A stretch of DNA of 64,000 nucleotides from Diadema antillarum (taxonomy: Eukaryota), in NCBI RefSeq assembly GCF_040938485.1, contig NW_027272307.1, positions 372,001 to 436,000 on the forward strand, in the 5' to 3' direction. Below, piece by piece: positions 49,271-62,755 of the stretch. The position numbers and the translations under genes are program-made. Numbering within the stretch: position 1 is the first letter of the stretch; each line of letters opens with the position of its first letter. The notes beneath the pieces were generated by a model. That model did no database searches, was not told the origin of the DNA, and worked only from the letters and a program-made list of their open reading frames with translations.

Positions 49271-50605
49271 AGAGATCTGAGGTCAATTCCTGACTGGGCA
49301 GTTCAGCTTCAAGGGATCTAGACAACAGAGTGCACTGATGAATTAGTAAGATAATAATATCATCTTTTGGCCAAAGGCATGTGGTGAATGAATGCAAGGC
49401 AGACATTTCAACTCTGCTGGTATCGTTTGTACAAGCAAATTATTCACTTACGTAAGCAGAGATGTAGATTCATGGTAATAATGTTGTGCAGAAATCTGAA
49501 CCTGTTTTCAACACAAGTTACTGACTATGTATTTTCTGCTGCGCCAGTCAGGATGTTGGCCGCAGAGACAGTTTTCTAGACAGTTTTCTAGACAGCTGCA
49601 CATCCTTCTGGCCATCTGTAGGGAACATGCTTGATTCTTGATACTGAGGTGACAGGAGCACAAATATCTGATGATAAAGAAACATGGTTTATTTTAATTT
49701 TTTTTTTTTTTTTTGAGCATGAGACCATGAAGCTGTTAGCTCCTTGTAGCTCCATGATCAGACTTGGTGCAAGTTTAAACTGCGAGATGATCAGTTGAAT
49801 TTGATTTTTAGGGTAGATGCTTTAATGGTGGAGTTATAATTGTGGAGTTTTACAGTTGTAGTCTCATTAAACTGATGACACATGTGATTAGTGGTAAGAT
49901 GACTCTACACAGTGCATTCCTTCGTGAGAATAAAAACTGTAGAGTCACTTTCTAAATCTTTGGCCATTGAAAAGATAACGCAGCTCTGGTAAGGCTTTGT
50001 ATACCAGCACAGAAGAGAATGCAATCACTAGATACTATCTATGCAATCCTGTCAACTTGTGCCTAACTTATTGACAGTTGTACAGACAATAGCAAACTGA
50101 ATTACACATTGCTCAACATTATTTGCAAATTTTGCTTTGCATTGATATAGCTTGAAAATGAGAACACATAAATGAGTGAAAATAAGCACAATATACTTTA
50201 ATCCACAAAACAATTACAAGTGATATTTATTGACATAGATAAAATAAAACAAGAATCACAAAAGTGTTTACTGTGACAGTAGTTTGCTCAAATTACTATA
50301 ATGTTGTGGGAACTGGCACAGTAAAAAGGACAGTGATAGACAGTGACTACACCAAAGTAAACAGTCAACTATGAAGGAGTGATGAAATTGCCATACACTG
50401 ATTTTGTGACTTAAATATAATTAGAATTGTCATACATTAAGCTTTCTAGTGATATTTGATATGTGCTGAGTTATTTCCAAAAGCAAACCGTCAGTGAAGT
50501 AAACCAAGCTGGTCAGTGGATAGAGACAGTTTTGAGACAATTAGCCTCAAAGCTAAGATTTAATGTAGTCTTGTGCGCAGTAGATTATGCACAGTTGTAT
50601 GTTAA

Positions 50606-50986
50606 ACCGACTGTACAGTACTGGTTGAGATGAGGATTTAGCTTGTGACATTTTGCTTGATATTTAGAAACTGCTCTGTGAAATGTTACAGAGCATACAA
50701 TTCTAAGGGGAATCAAAAGTTTATTTGATGAAAATTAGTTTTGAAATGACTGAGATATCTAAAGACAAGGTAAAACAAAGAAATCCTAATAAAAGTCGTG
50801 GCCTGTCAATTCTATTGAGATCGATCTTTGGATATCTCAGAGATTTCAAGGCAAATTTTTATCAAATAAATGTTGAATCCTTCTTAAAATTATATGCTCT
50901 TTCAGATTTCATAAGAGGTTTCTCATTATCTCACCAAAAAATTTTGTAAACCTGAAACCTCACCTCAACCAGTACTGTACAGTTGA
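50606..50986. mobile_element. TTAA-flanked MITE, diverged relative of 22761-23143
   Basis: TTAA at 50602-50605 and 50987-50990. TIR core ctgtacagtactggttgag / ctcaaccagtactgtacag. Shares the internal tttatttgatgaaaat motif. Confidence 0.75.
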
Positions 50987-53723
50987 TTAAACAAAAGATA
51001 CTATTAAACTTTACTGTATACATGCTTCCAAAGGTGGACAAGTTTTCAAGTCCCTGAATGATGTCAAAGATATTGAGAGAGGATATTGATAGGAGATAGT
51101 CAGAATGCCATACTTCTGATTCGTTAACTGGACAACATATGTCACATTTTCAGCCAAATCAGCCTAGTTGGCTTTTTTTTTTTTGGCCTGAATGTTTATG
51201 ATAATATCAGGGGTAACATGGCAAAAACTAACACATAGAATACATATATATCATGTTTGTTTTCTGTAAAGTACACATGTAATATTTTGATTGCAAAATG
51301 GCAGACAGGCCATCTGGTTATCTACGAACATGAATACAAAGATGCAATACCGTGATAACCATGCATGGTGCAATAATGAGATTCAAGAGCTGGTCCGAGA
51401 AAATCCATCGAATCCATATTAGTCTGTTTTTTGTTGTCATATGGTAAGAAAGTCATATTTGTATCAAAGTGAACTACTGAATGTCACACAAAGTGATAAG
51501 AAACCAAATACTCTCAACTGAATTAAACATCTCAAAAGACACTGTACCTTCATTCTTTCGTGCGAAGTGAGGCTGAGCTACTGCATAAATATGTTATACA
51601 CAATCGGTCATGTACAAAGTACCATATTTATATGCCATATGAGATAAAGATGATCATATCACTTGATATGCTAGTCAGATGACTCAGTTTTACCGTCAGA
51701 AGCAGGCGCTGAAATGTCAAATAACAAGCTGTATTAAACCAAAAGAACTTGCTTACATAAGATTTTGTAGTGTAGATAATACATCAGTATATTTATAGAT
51801 CTTATTATATGTTTCAGTGCCAATGAAGCAGTGCCATACTCAGAGAGTCTGTAAAAAGTATAGAGTTTCAGATTATGAAACAAACTCTTTGACGTTCAAT
51901 TCTTGCAATACTTCTAGTGTAGCTTGCATTGTGCAAGCAGCTGTAAAGGTGGTTGGAACAAATTTAAAGCTGCGGCTGTGTCTGTGGTAATTACAAGTAG
52001 CCACTGGACACATACAATGGTTCATTTCATTTTGCTTTATGAACAAGATAGTACATTCTCATTTTCTGCCTCTCAAAAATTTATCTATCCATGCTGTATG
52101 TGTGAAAATTTTGCGATACACCCTATTTTCTCACTGTGCAAAAAAAAAGAAGAAAAAAGATAAACACATGAATATGTACAAATTAGATTACATAAAGTAT
52201 ACAATGTAAACAGTGCATTATAATTACATTACTCATTAGGTTATTCTGAACAGTACAGTAATACATTACGCTCTTCATCTTCAAGTGAAAGGGCATTATA
52301 CTCGACTTGATATTGTGCACACTTTTAGTTCAAGGCGACCCCCGTCATAACCAAGTCTTCAGGACAGGCAATTTTCTTTAGTTGAATCTTAATTTCGTTA
52401 TATAGCCAAATTAATAGAATACGTATTTTGGGACCTAAATTTTTACATCGTTGTAACAAAATGTCGGTATTACCATGTTTGTTGTAACGGGAGTTCTCTG
52501 TCGTACAATTATCTGTCTGAAGAGTTATCAAGCTACCTCAGAGCAGGGAGGTGGAAGAGCACCTCCCTGCTCAGAGCAAGCAGTGCATGAGGTAGTATGT
52601 TCAGTTATTCCATTAACAGTATCTTACCACTTTACACCGTTAGATGGATACAAGCATTTTGTGCATGGGCCTATCTATTATGTAATGGTACTCTGTGGAT
52701 TCAAGGAAATCAGGGTTTCTTACTTTTCTCTTTCTTTACTTTTCTAAGAAACTTTAGTCCTAAACTTTTGGGAAGATGTCTTTACAACCATTCACAAAAA
52801 AAAAAAAAATAGAAAGAAATATATTTAAAAAGAATTGCAAGTAGAAAACAAAGATGTCTATTTTTAATTGTAACCTACTGGCGATTTTGAATAATCTTTT
52901 AACAATGAATTTTGTGTAGACTTTATGTAATTGAAAAAAAAAAATCGGCATGTGGTTTTTCTGTTCTTGTGTTCGAGATAGAGGTCAAGATACATTGTAA
53001 GTTTGCAACATTGACATTTTCTGACAGATTGACGTACATTTCGTCGATGGAACGTGAAGAAATTCCTGCTTTTGGCCTATCTGTCCTTGTATGTATGGCA
53101 TGGTGTTAAAGTAATTAGTTTGACCAGACATTACATGGTGCACACTACTTTCAAGGTCTCAAGTCATAAGTCTTTTAAGTGCAATCATAGAACGCGTTAA
53201 AAGAAATGCAGACTCTTTTTAAATGTGATGGATTTCATCTCCAAAAAGAAGTTTATCTGTATAGGCATTAGAATATTAAACAGTGTATGTGCAAATTGTT
53301 GTGGGTTTTTTTTCTCAGTTTTATGTATTTGCCCTCTTTGCGCTCTCAAAGACCAAAGATACGATGAACTGAAATATTTCGTTGGATGATCGTCTACAAC
53401 CATTTTTTTAAGCTTTCCTAACTTGCTTGAATGTTACGCAGGTATTAAAGATTAGCAGTATTTTTTTAATGATTGCTTTATGGACAAAAATAGTCCACCT
53501 CAGAAACTGAGCTGTTGTTTTGATCTCTTCACATCATGTGGAGTGCTCATTAGTCTGTATATGTGACTTCTTTAATGTGATTTCGTTTATAACGTTTCGT
53601 TTATAACACCGCTGAAGCATGCTGTTACAGTACCGCTGGCTGGAATAAAACTTGACTCTTATTAATAGCTTTCCATTTGTATTAGTTTTGATTTATAGCT
53701 GTCATTCATATCAGACAGTTTAA

Positions 53724-54000
53724 AGGGATGGTACAGTGTTGGTGGAGATGAGAATTGGGCTTTTAACTTTTTGCGAGAAACCGAGAAAACACTATGATAT
53801 AGTACAGAGCATACCATTTTAAGAGGAATTCAAAGTTTATTTGATGAAAATCGGGTTTGGAATGACTGAAACATCCAAAAACAAAGTAAAACAAAGCGAT
53901 TGTAATAAAAGGTGGGTCCAACACTTTATTAGAATCGCTCTGTTTTGGATAACTCAACCATTTCAAAACCAATTTTCATCAAATAAATGTTGAATTCCTC
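53724..54000. mobile_element. Truncated inverted copy of the 22761-23143 MITE
   Basis: ttaa-agggatggtacagtgttggtggagatg... is a close reverse complement of roughly 22865-23143. The other end is missing. Confidence 0.85.
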
Positions 54001-54085
54001 ATGTTAAAGTGATTCAAAACTTACCGAAACCTATACGCGAAGCACCTACAAAATGTCCATGTTGTGCATTGTATGTGTTGGAAAT

Positions 54086-54225
54086 AGCGAGCTTTAGATC
54101 TGCGACGCGAACTCTAAGACGACGCTATACTGTAGGCAATAAAATTCTGCGAGACAGCTGTTTTCATTGTCCAACCCGGGAGGCTGCGTCGTCTTAGCGT
54201 TCGCGTCGCAGATCTAAGGCTCGCT
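54086..54225. mobile_element. Hairpin MITE with ~40-bp TIRs
   Basis: agcgagctttagatctgcgacgcgaactctaagacgacgc / gcgtcgtcttagcgttcgcgtcgcagatctaaggctcgct, with two mismatches. Confidence 0.8.
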
Positions 54226-54397
54226 GATATTAGTGTATATCTCTGGTATTGTGAAAAAGAGCAAGTGAGATTGTGTAAACTATTATGAAAGAAATGAATG
54301 TGCATGTGAGTGGAAAGAGGAAGAGAAAGAAATCTCGTAAGAAAGATGAAAGAAATTAGGAAAAAGGACTGCAGGCTGTACATTACCTTTAAGCAAG

Positions 54398-55633
54398 TTA
54401 TTTGACAAGTGAGGATTTTGTGCTTTTTGTGTTGGGAATGTCGTCCTTATGCGCAAATACCGATGATGACTCATTCTGAATGCGAAAACCTTTGATTAAG
54501 TTCTTCAAAGCGGCCCGAAACTGGGGATGACATGCGGCGTAGATGATTGGGTTCACACAAGAATTGGCGTAAGCAATGACAATGAAAAGAATGTGTAGGG
54601 GACCGTTGAGATATGCAAAGGATATAAAGCCAGCATTGAGGCCGAAGTAGAATATCTGGTTCGGTCCCCAGCAGATGATGTAGACGATGATAACGATCAA
54701 CATCATTTTGATGACGCGGTTCCTGGCAGCGAGATGGACCGACCCGCCGGTGGTGCTGGAGGACGTGTCCCCGCTGAACCGCCTGGACTGCTGGTAGAGA
54801 GCTCTTGCGATAAGGAGCTGGGTAACGAGCATGCACGTCGTCGGGAGGACTAAGCGGTAAACGAAGATGAAGCTTCCCATCACGAGCTGGGAGGAGCTCG
54901 AGGCGTGTTGGATGACACACGAACGGGATTCCACGTTTACTGTGACGACAAACAACCCTTGACAAGACATACAGGCTGCACATATCCAGATCAACACGAT
55001 ACAAGCATTGACCTTACCTGTGCTTACCAATCGTTTGAATATCAGCGGAAAAGTAATAGCAAAGAAGCGGTCGAAAGAGATAGCAACAAGGGTGTAAATA
55101 GAAGCGGTGATTGAAGACCACAGCAATAGCCTGCCGTATATGATCTTGCAATAAAGGTAGGCCCAGAAGGTGTTTGGAACTCTAGCGACAAATGGGCGAG
55201 GCAGTACGCACAAAGAGGTGATGGCGTCAGCAGTGGCCAAAGCCCCGATGAGAATGTCGGTAGAACGATTCAAGCTCCTTCGCTGGGAAATGACCACGAT
55301 GACCAGAGTATTACCTACCACGCCTATGATCGCCGTCACCAATTGTGCCTTTGTCACTAGAGTCCAAGGAATTGGGTGCCACGCCCAGTCGGATCCGTCG
55401 AAGCGAGGCGTTGTCCCCAATTCCGTGCCGGCAGAGACAGTGGACGCATACACATTAGATGTATAATCTGTTGTGAAGTTGAAGGGCATCATTGGTGTTT
55501 TGGGCGTGGTGTAGCCATCGCTCGTTGTGGATGACATAATTGGCACCACGGTCTTCGATGCATCAACGCAACATTTCGGCGCGGTGAGAAGAGCCAGGAA
55601 GATAGTCGCAGAGATGAAGCGTAGTTCTGACAT
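54398..55633 (-). CDS. Class A (rhodopsin-type) orphan GPCR, galanin/allatostatin-A receptor-like, single-exon CDS, 411 aa
   Basis: Seven hydrophobic helices with GN (TM1), LATAD (TM2), YCK and DRF (TM3), TM4 Trp, CWGPNQ (TM6) and NSCVNPIIY (TM7). The first ATG in good context (gcaacaATG) is at 55633. The ORF-track start at 55693 is non-ATG. Confidence 0.95.
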   Translation of the reverse strand: MSELRFISATIFLALLTAPKCCVDASKTVVPIMSSTTSDGYTTPKTPMMPFNFTTDYTSNVYASTVSAGTELGTTPRFDGSDWAWHPIPWTLVTKAQLVTAIIGVVGNTLVIVVISQRRSLNRSTDILIGALATADAITSLCVLPRPFVARVPNTFWAYLYCKIIYGRLLLWSSITASIYTLVAISFDRFFAITFPLIFKRLVSTGKVNACIVLIWICAACMSCQGLFVVTVNVESRSCVIQHASSSSQLVMGSFIFVYRLVLPTTCMLVTQLLIARALYQQSRRFSGDTSSSTTGGSVHLAARNRVIKMMLIVIIVYIICWGPNQIFYFGLNAGFISFAYLNGPLHILFIVIAYANSCVNPIIYAACHPQFRAALKNLIKGFRIQNESSSVFAHKDDIPNTKSTKSSLVK

Positions 55634-56571
55634 TGTTGCAGGAGGTTTACCGTAAACGAAGCTTTTCCCTGGTTGAGTCAACAAAGTTATCAAATCACTG
55701 CTTAATATGATATTTCCTCAAGTCTTCATTCAACACAGCATTCATTGTGACGCATGCAATGTCACGGAATGAAAACAGAGTCACATGATTTTAAAACTCG
55801 CTTGAAAAAGAATATAACCACAATGTTAGAAATCTAGCAGTAATACATGATGTAATAATATCCATTAAATTTGCATCAATATTGCTATAAATACTCGCAG
55901 TTTCCTAAGTCGTCAAAAACCTTGGCCAATTTACTGTCGAAATGTTGCGAAATTTCGTCAGCCATCACTCGGTCACGCCGACATTTAAGAGGGTTTGTAG
56001 AATATTGAATCACTAAACTCCAAAACGTTTTTGTAATGCAATGAACAATAGTAAAGACAATACTTTTCATGCTTTAATTTCAAATCAACCAACATACTAG
56101 ATTTTTTTTCATCTTCATCGAACTCCGCTTGCGATGCAAAAGTTTGATAACATATTACAGTCGTGTCCTCATGACAAAGACAAGAATCTTATTTCATTTG
56201 TGATAAGAATGCAAATTTATCTACATTCTATTGGTAGAATTTTTTTTTTCCAGTGGCGAGTAGTATTCCAACTAGCACTGACTAGAGGACTGAAAAAGGG
56301 CAAAACTAATGTTAAAACCTTGTAAATCTCTTCTCGCCCCCTTTGTTTGAGTCATACTGCTGAAAATGATGTTTTTTTCTCTCTCTCCAAGATCCACTTA
56401 ATAATAACAAGATATCTCGCAATGATGTTTAAGGGCGTAGTCGCTAAATCGCAAACGATCCATTAGACTGATTACATTCTTGAATTGAGTAGATGAGTAA
56501 ATTACATGCTGAAAGTGATATGAAGACAGGCGGGGGTCAGATGAAGTATTGTAATAAAGCTACATAAATAT

Positions 56572-56831
56572 GAAGAGTTTGATGGCAAACAGGGTTAGCG
56601 CTATCTTTACACATTTTAAAGTAAATTCCTCATCAGAGCAGAACAAGATAAAACTTCCAGTGATAGGCCCACCTCACTTACTACGTAACAAGGAATATTC
56701 TTGGAGTTGCAACCGCAACAACAACAAATTTCTTATTTTCTTATTACTTCAATTGTTTATTTAGGAGCTTTAGTTGCAAATATCTCAAATTCACAAGAAT
56801 GGAGTTAACTCATTTTGCAGTCAAATTGTTC
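56572..56831. mobile_element. Third copy of the GAAG...CTTC MITE family (inverted)
   Basis: The reverse complement aligns with 35107-35352. Flanks are atat / acat. Confidence 0.65.
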
Positions 56832-57950
56832 ACATGTTAACCAATGTAGAATAACAAAAGACTTGGGAAAGCCTGAAGGTTCGCCATTCGACTTATCTTT
56901 CAAATTAGCAATTAAATCGTAGTGCCATTTAAAACGATGCTTCCAAATAGCTAGAATATCAACTTTTCTTGAAGTTGTAAAGAAACAGCATTAAGATAAA
57001 AGTCTCTTAGTGAATGATATCAAAAGTCCTCCAAATAACAGTCAATATCTGTACGCTGCCGAAGGTAATAACTGTAACAATAACGTTCGATGCTATGATT
57101 ATTGAAATGATATTCTTAGCACTAGAGACATTCTTGTCCACTTTGTCATATGGCTTTCACAGATGGCTTTATCACTCAATAAAAGCTGACAATATAGTGT
57201 TTCAATGACTTTTGAATATTCGACGAAGACTTCATTATTTGGCAATTTCCAGTGGAGCTGATTTTTAAGTTCAATATTTTACTGCTTCAAAATGAGCAAT
57301 GTTTGTTTATTTTTGATGAATACTTGTGACTGAATTATATGTTATCAAAATAAAAAACAGGATGTCTTTTCCCCACCAAACTCTGACAAAAAACAACAAC
57401 CAATAGTGTTTTGATTACAAAACCCTTATGATAATTAGTCATGTCGGACGCTTTTTTTTTCTCCTAAACTGAAGACAGCCTTGAAAATGCGTATCCGGAA
57501 AAAAAAAAACACCCATGAGGTATACTATATAATGTAATAATCAAATGATAATGCTTATAGCGAGGTGCTGTAACACTGATAGTATGTACTGATTCTATAG
57601 AATTATACCTTGTCTTCCTTTCCACCCTTTAAGATATTATTTTAAACAATTTAATACAAAATTGATTGTCGAATCACTTGCAACTCGTAGATTACAACAA
57701 ACAGCTTGAGAGTATTATCGTATGCTTACGTCAAATATAAAACTTCGTCAGTATACTGAAAGCAGTTTTGATGATGTTTTACATGGTCAGGGATGATGCG
57801 AATACTAATGACATTTTAATTTCTAATCAACCGTGCGTTTGGAATACGAACGCCGGCTGGCAGTCCGGTTGTTGGTTTTTAAACGTTACCTCTTTACGAG
57901 AGGCTATACAGACAACATGTACGGTTAGGCCATGAACACTAATCTTAATA

Positions 57951-58291
57951 CCCCATTTCACAGAGATTTGTTCTCATCGGTCACTCATCGGAAGCAAAGT
58001 TTTTTTTTTTTGCTTTCGGCCACCCACCGAAGTGTATTCGGATCGCAGTCTGATGAATCCGACTTGGTTGATAAACTGTCGGGTAAGTGTCAGACATGCC
58101 GTGCGTGATCCTTATCGGACGATCTTGCCTCATCGGATCACCGCCCGACATGTCTGACCTGATAGTCGACCAACACAATTGACAGTCGGATTCATCGGAA
58201 TGCAGTCCGATACACTTCGGTGGGTGGCCGAAAGCAACAAACTTTGCTTCTGATGAGTGACCGATGAGAGAAAATGTCTGTGGAATGGGGG
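57951..58291. mobile_element. TA-flanked palindromic MITE, 341 bp
   Basis: ~115-bp inverted arms (ccccatttcacagag...ctcatcggtcactcatcggaagcaaagttt...ttgctttcggccacccaccgaagtgtat) with TA on both sides. Confidence 0.85.
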
Positions 58292-61200
58292 TACAGTATT
58301 ACAGAAATCATAGACATATCAGAGTACATAATTCGGAAGGGGTAGCTTCACGAAACAGGGAGGTGTTCAAGAGGAAAAGGAGACAAGAATCTCACCTTTG
58401 TACCTATACTCCATGCCGCCTAGTAGTTACGCGCTCTAACGCAGGTGTTAATAAATTGCTTTGACAAAAGACAACACTTCTGTCTAAGCATGCATTACTC
58501 CTAAAATATAACATACAAAGTCAGCAGTAATCTACAGTCCCTATAAATATTTTTGGGCAGCAATTGTTTAGTGTGTAAAGAATAAAAAACATGCGAAGAC
58601 AACTAGTAACAATATTGTGCTTCTTTAATTGCAAAGTTCTACTAGACACACAGAAACACGTTTTAACTAATTACTTTAATAATTCGAAAGATTTAACATT
58701 AAAGTGCTTATCCTGGTGAACAATATTATGCACAAATGTGCGCAATATGGTTAACCTTGTTATGATACACTAATACTCTTCTCAGTCGGGGGTATGTAAT
58801 AACAAGATATGAAGAGAAACTTAATGTAGTTCGTACAAGATTACCACCAAGTTCCATACAGGATTTCAACACTATCTTCTGAAACATGTAAAATACAGCC
58901 CCAAAATTGTTGAAATCAAGAGCCTCTTTTTTGGTCTCCATATCCAAATTCTATTGAACATCAAAATCAGTGAAATGCTAAGCATGCAATTATTGTCGTG
59001 TTATTTAATAACCTACGCATTAGCGCAAATTGCGAAGAGATTCCATTCCTCTGCACGAAAGTAATGAAAGTGTACTCAGTAATGAATGAGAAGACCATAA
59101 ATTGTGCGAAAATTTGATGACAGATCACACAACATGAGAACCTTTACTACTATCGAGTTGTCAGTAGCAAAATTATAAGTGAAGTGGCCCATTGGCATTA
59201 CAAATACTGTTTGTGATAGTCACGCATAAACGTCTAGCCTTGATGAAAACGGTCACATAAAAGAAATTTAAATGTAGTCACTACTTCACTTCTCTCTGAC
59301 AAAGACAATAAGTGCCTCAACTCGTTTGAATGGTCTGGACGCTGTATGCTTTAATTATTAAGGTAGGGTCCTGAGTTAAGGAAACGGCATGGCCTGAACG
59401 GCAGTTACACCATGTACAGGAATATGCTGTTTGCAGCAGAAATTTCGCAGTTCCTTACAAAAACAGCGCAATTAAAAAAAAAAAATCGTGTCGCTCATGT
59501 CATTCAGAGGCTTACGCATGTGAATTGTCTCGGTATAACTATTTGATTGAGTTGGGATAATAAAAATGACAAAACATACTTTTTTACAATTTAAACTGGG
59601 CTCAATTGCAATTCAAGAGAGAATGCAATTGAGGAAATAAATACTTGTATCACAACGCAAGTTAATTTACTTTTTGAATATAAACTGTTTTCAAAGTGAA
59701 TGTGGTATTTCAGGGCCTGCGAAGGAACCCGAGTTAATATCAATTTCGAAAGTAATTGTTCCCGTAGGAATTAATTCAGAGAGTTACAAGTATGGCCTTT
59801 TCGTTTGTGGGGTGTTCACCGAAATCATAAATCGTTCGGGGATTAAAGATGTATAGTAGCAGAACATTAACCAGTGATATAAAGTCTCTAAGCCGAGTAA
59901 GCCCGAAACGTCCATCCTGGACGTTAACATCGGTTTCAGTGAACATTAACATTGGAAGTGAATTTAATCATGTCCCTGGCTATGAAATTCGCGACAAATC
60001 TAATTTCTTCTTGCCTAAAATTCATCGAGGAAGAAATGTTGAAAGATTTCCATGTCAAGTTGAACCAGTGACTGACTTATATAGATCAGATTGCAAGCAC
60101 TGATGACAATATCGTAAGTTAAGAAATTTGCAGCAAACTCGTAACCGAAGACGCTCAAGTGAAATTATGCTCAAGTCAGAATGCGACACAAAGTACGAGT
60201 GTAAAATAATCCTACCTTTCTCACCACCAACAGGAAGCCGAACTGGCCGTGACTGTCGGCTTGTCTCCATTTTATATGACATTGATGGTGATCTAAAGTT
60301 GATATTAAAGACAACTTTCTTATAGAACTTAACTTTTCTCTCTTTTTTTATCTCTGTGATCGTCCATTCTAATTTAGTTTAAACTATTACAATCAACCCG
60401 GCTCATCCTGGAGGAGATTGGTTGATAGATTGATGTAAGATACACGTGAGATATGTAATGATAATGAAATAACAATGATAATGATAAAGAGAAGAGGAAG
60501 TAGAGAATTACATGTAGAAAGACAGAATTTTAAGAAATTCTTTCTTCTTTGACAAAATCGATAATCTCTTCCTCGGCAAGTTCATTTATTGCACTTAAAA
60601 TCCCATACAAATCCGGCTTCGTGTATCTTCAAAGGAAAGGCTCAGGCATGAAATTCGTCCTGACCTTTTTCATAGAGTGCAAATCATGATAACAAAGGGA
60701 CAGCGTCTGGCCAGATTGAAGAGCTCTATCTCTCTCTCTCTCTCTCTCTCTTTCATACACATGCACACGCACACACACACACACACACACGCACACCCTC
60801 TCTCTCTCTATCTTTCTCTAATTAATTCTACTGAGAAAATTTTCGCTCGAAGAAAAAAGAAAAAAGTGGCCATGTCAAAGACCAAAGAAGACCGTATTCA
60901 GGTATAAATCAATAGCTCTGATCTTCTGCATGAACGAATTCTCCCAGTCCTCCAAGATTATCCTATGTCGTCGTTTCCCTCCCAATATTTGCCATGACAC
61001 CACCAGGTTCATCGTCTTCTGAACTTGGTAGTCTTGAACTTTTTACAGGTGTAATCGATAAATGACGTCACAATCACGGTTACTGCGCATACAATGGGGT
61101 AAAATGAAAAGTAAGGAAGTTAAAAGAGTTTCATCACGCTCGTCTCCGTTCTCATCTTTTCGCCGAGGCAAAATCTTGCAATCAACTGAAATTATTATAA

Positions 61201-62755
61201 GATGTTGGCTCTCGTGATATCCTTTGACATTTTCCTTCATATTGTTGACATCTGAATGTTTTCCCCCGTATATGGACGATGGAAATAACATATCGCTGTA
61301 ACTCAAAACAGTCTTTAAGAAAGCTTGTGTTCATCTTCAGGTCGAAAATCTACTCCAAATGTATCATTGCACTGCTATACTTCTCATGAAGAATCATAGA
61401 TCGAAGAGGGTTGACAATTCCTGCGTCTGCTACACACTTGCTGATAAAAAAAAGTAAATAGTAAAAAGAAAAAAAAAAGCTTTGATGTAGCGTTCAAACC
61501 GTCTTTTTACTCCTTTCTAGGTTCACGTCATCTAACAGATGTTGACTTGAACAACGATGAATGAAAAAAAGTCTCCAAAAACTGATATAAAGGAGAAATA
61601 TAGGGAGAAGAAAAAAAAAGTCTACTATCTTTCCTTACTTCCAACTCCGATCATGTGTGGAGGCAACCAGGGAGTAATTGAAGAAGATACATGAGCACTG
61701 ATGGTTGATAATTACCTTCAAATGGATTCCAAATTTTCAGTGTTAGACCTTGATTGATGAGCAGGTAAACATGGCATGCACTCTAACCTAAAAATCAAGG
61801 GATCTTTATCCTGTCTTCTAACCTTCATGCTTTCATTCCGCTATATCGTTCTCCATTCCTTGCCATTTCGATTTTAGTCGTAAAAATAGATCGATTGGGA
61901 AAGACGATCGAAAGACTGTAGCCTACATATCAAGCTTTTTGTTCATTATTCACGACGTTCTCTCTTTTTTTCTTTCTTTTTCAATCCACCTCCTGATTAC
62001 TTCGTCTTCAGCCTCTATTGAATTATTTCACGTTGTTAAATTTGTTGTAATCATTTACAGAGATTAACTCGAATTTGTTTCAAAACCGAAAGATTTCAGA
62101 GTGTCTGCTTCCTAATGCGCTACAACTGCCACTGTATATTATTTCGACATCATGAAATAAATATTCCTAGAATGTGTCATGTGTATGATATGACATAAGG
62201 CTATTACATCAAATTTAAACAATCCTATAGTGACTCAAGGATCACGAATCTCCCCCCATCAAAAAAAAAAAAATGGTATCTGTACTCCCTTAGAGCGATC
62301 ACGGCGAGCAGTGGTAAGAAATAACAATATTACAGCAGCTAACTGCACATGAATGTATTCATTTTAGTGGGTTTTAAGGGAATAGTAAATGTTTGGTTAA
62401 CAATCTGATTCTCAAAAATGCATACTCCAAACTGTATTCAGTCGCAATGGTATAATATGATGCTTCTCACTGTGATAGATTAAAGGGTTTTGAAAATTAT
62501 CTGAAAAATTCAGTTGTCACATTTTATCGGTTCTCTGTGATCAAGACATGAGAAATCAAATGATTTAAGTCATTTTGTCTTTCTCGTAGGCATGTCCTGT
62601 CCTTATGAAAGAGGGTTATTCTTCTGTGGAAATCTATAGACGACAGAAATCAGCAAAATGTTTGGGCTTGTATGTAGTCATGCCATAATCTTGAATGTCA
62701 GTGTTAGACTTATCTGTTAAAACGCTAACACTTTCACTTGGAGATGACATTTGAT

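Noticed and set aside
54471-55004. 177-aa same-strand alternative-frame ORF in the first GPCR (and 63138-63506 in the second)
   Set aside because: These are codon-bias shadows. They cover different parts of the paralogs and share no evident conserved peptide.
59700-61420. Two coding-like tracts between the GPCRs (possible pseudogene or third receptor)
   Set aside because: Multiple stops occur in all frames and I recognise no GPCR, TIR or RT motif. Unsupported without a translated search.
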